From Mobula hypostoma (lineage: Eukaryota): a DNA stretch of 64,000 nucleotides. The notes under the pieces were generated by a model, which worked only from the letters and a program-made list of their open reading frames with translations, searched no databases and was not told the origin of the DNA. The stretch lies in the NCBI RefSeq assembly GCF_963921235.1, contig NC_086097.1, forward strand, positions 117,740,001-117,804,000, given 5' to 3'. Positions within the stretch are counted from its first letter, which is position 1; every line of letters starts with the position of its first letter. This document shows positions 63,831-64,000 of the stretch, in pieces. The position numbers were made by a program, and so were the translations under genes.

Positions 63831-64000
63831 AGTTCCATCCTGCTAATAGCCTTATCTGGTTCAATCCTGCTGATTTTCTGAAGTAAAGAAACAATTCAGC
63901 TTCCCTCCAGTCTTCACCTTAATTTGAACAATTTCTTTTCTTCGGTATTCACTAAGGAGAAGGATATTGAATTATGTAAGGTAAGGGAAACAAGTAGGGT

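Overview
Eukaryotic vertebrate DNA, dense in transposable elements. The mix of repeats (many CR1 LINEs, V-SINE/HE1-like SINEs, Penelope termini, Rex1/Babar tails, Tc1) looks like a cartilaginous fish, probably a ray; this is inferred from pattern, not from a search. I found no host gene I can call with confidence, and no rRNA, tRNA or CRISPR array. The first 21 kb holds three decayed Ty3/Gypsy proviruses of different lineages, all on the minus strand. Each has a different priming signature: Tf1/sushi-type self-priming (1-3649), a tRNA-Leu PBS (3972-10133) and a tRNA-Ser PBS (17053-20779). Three solo LTRs have exact target-site duplications (TSDs). The rest is a nested mosaic of CR1 LINEs, an IR/DR Tc1 transposon, Tc1-derived three-TIR elements, SINEs and Penelope remnants with degenerate hammerhead-like motifs. 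All TE ORFs are frameshifted or truncated. I did not find a convincing new biological system. The best leads are structural: a visible self-priming duplex, a ~415-bp-arm inverted duplication inside a CR1, a Tc1 catalytic core replaced by a Penelope palindrome, uniform LTR orientation, and a few unverified unique-sequence exon or regulatory candidates. Identity figures are by-eye estimates; boundaries without a TSD are approximate.
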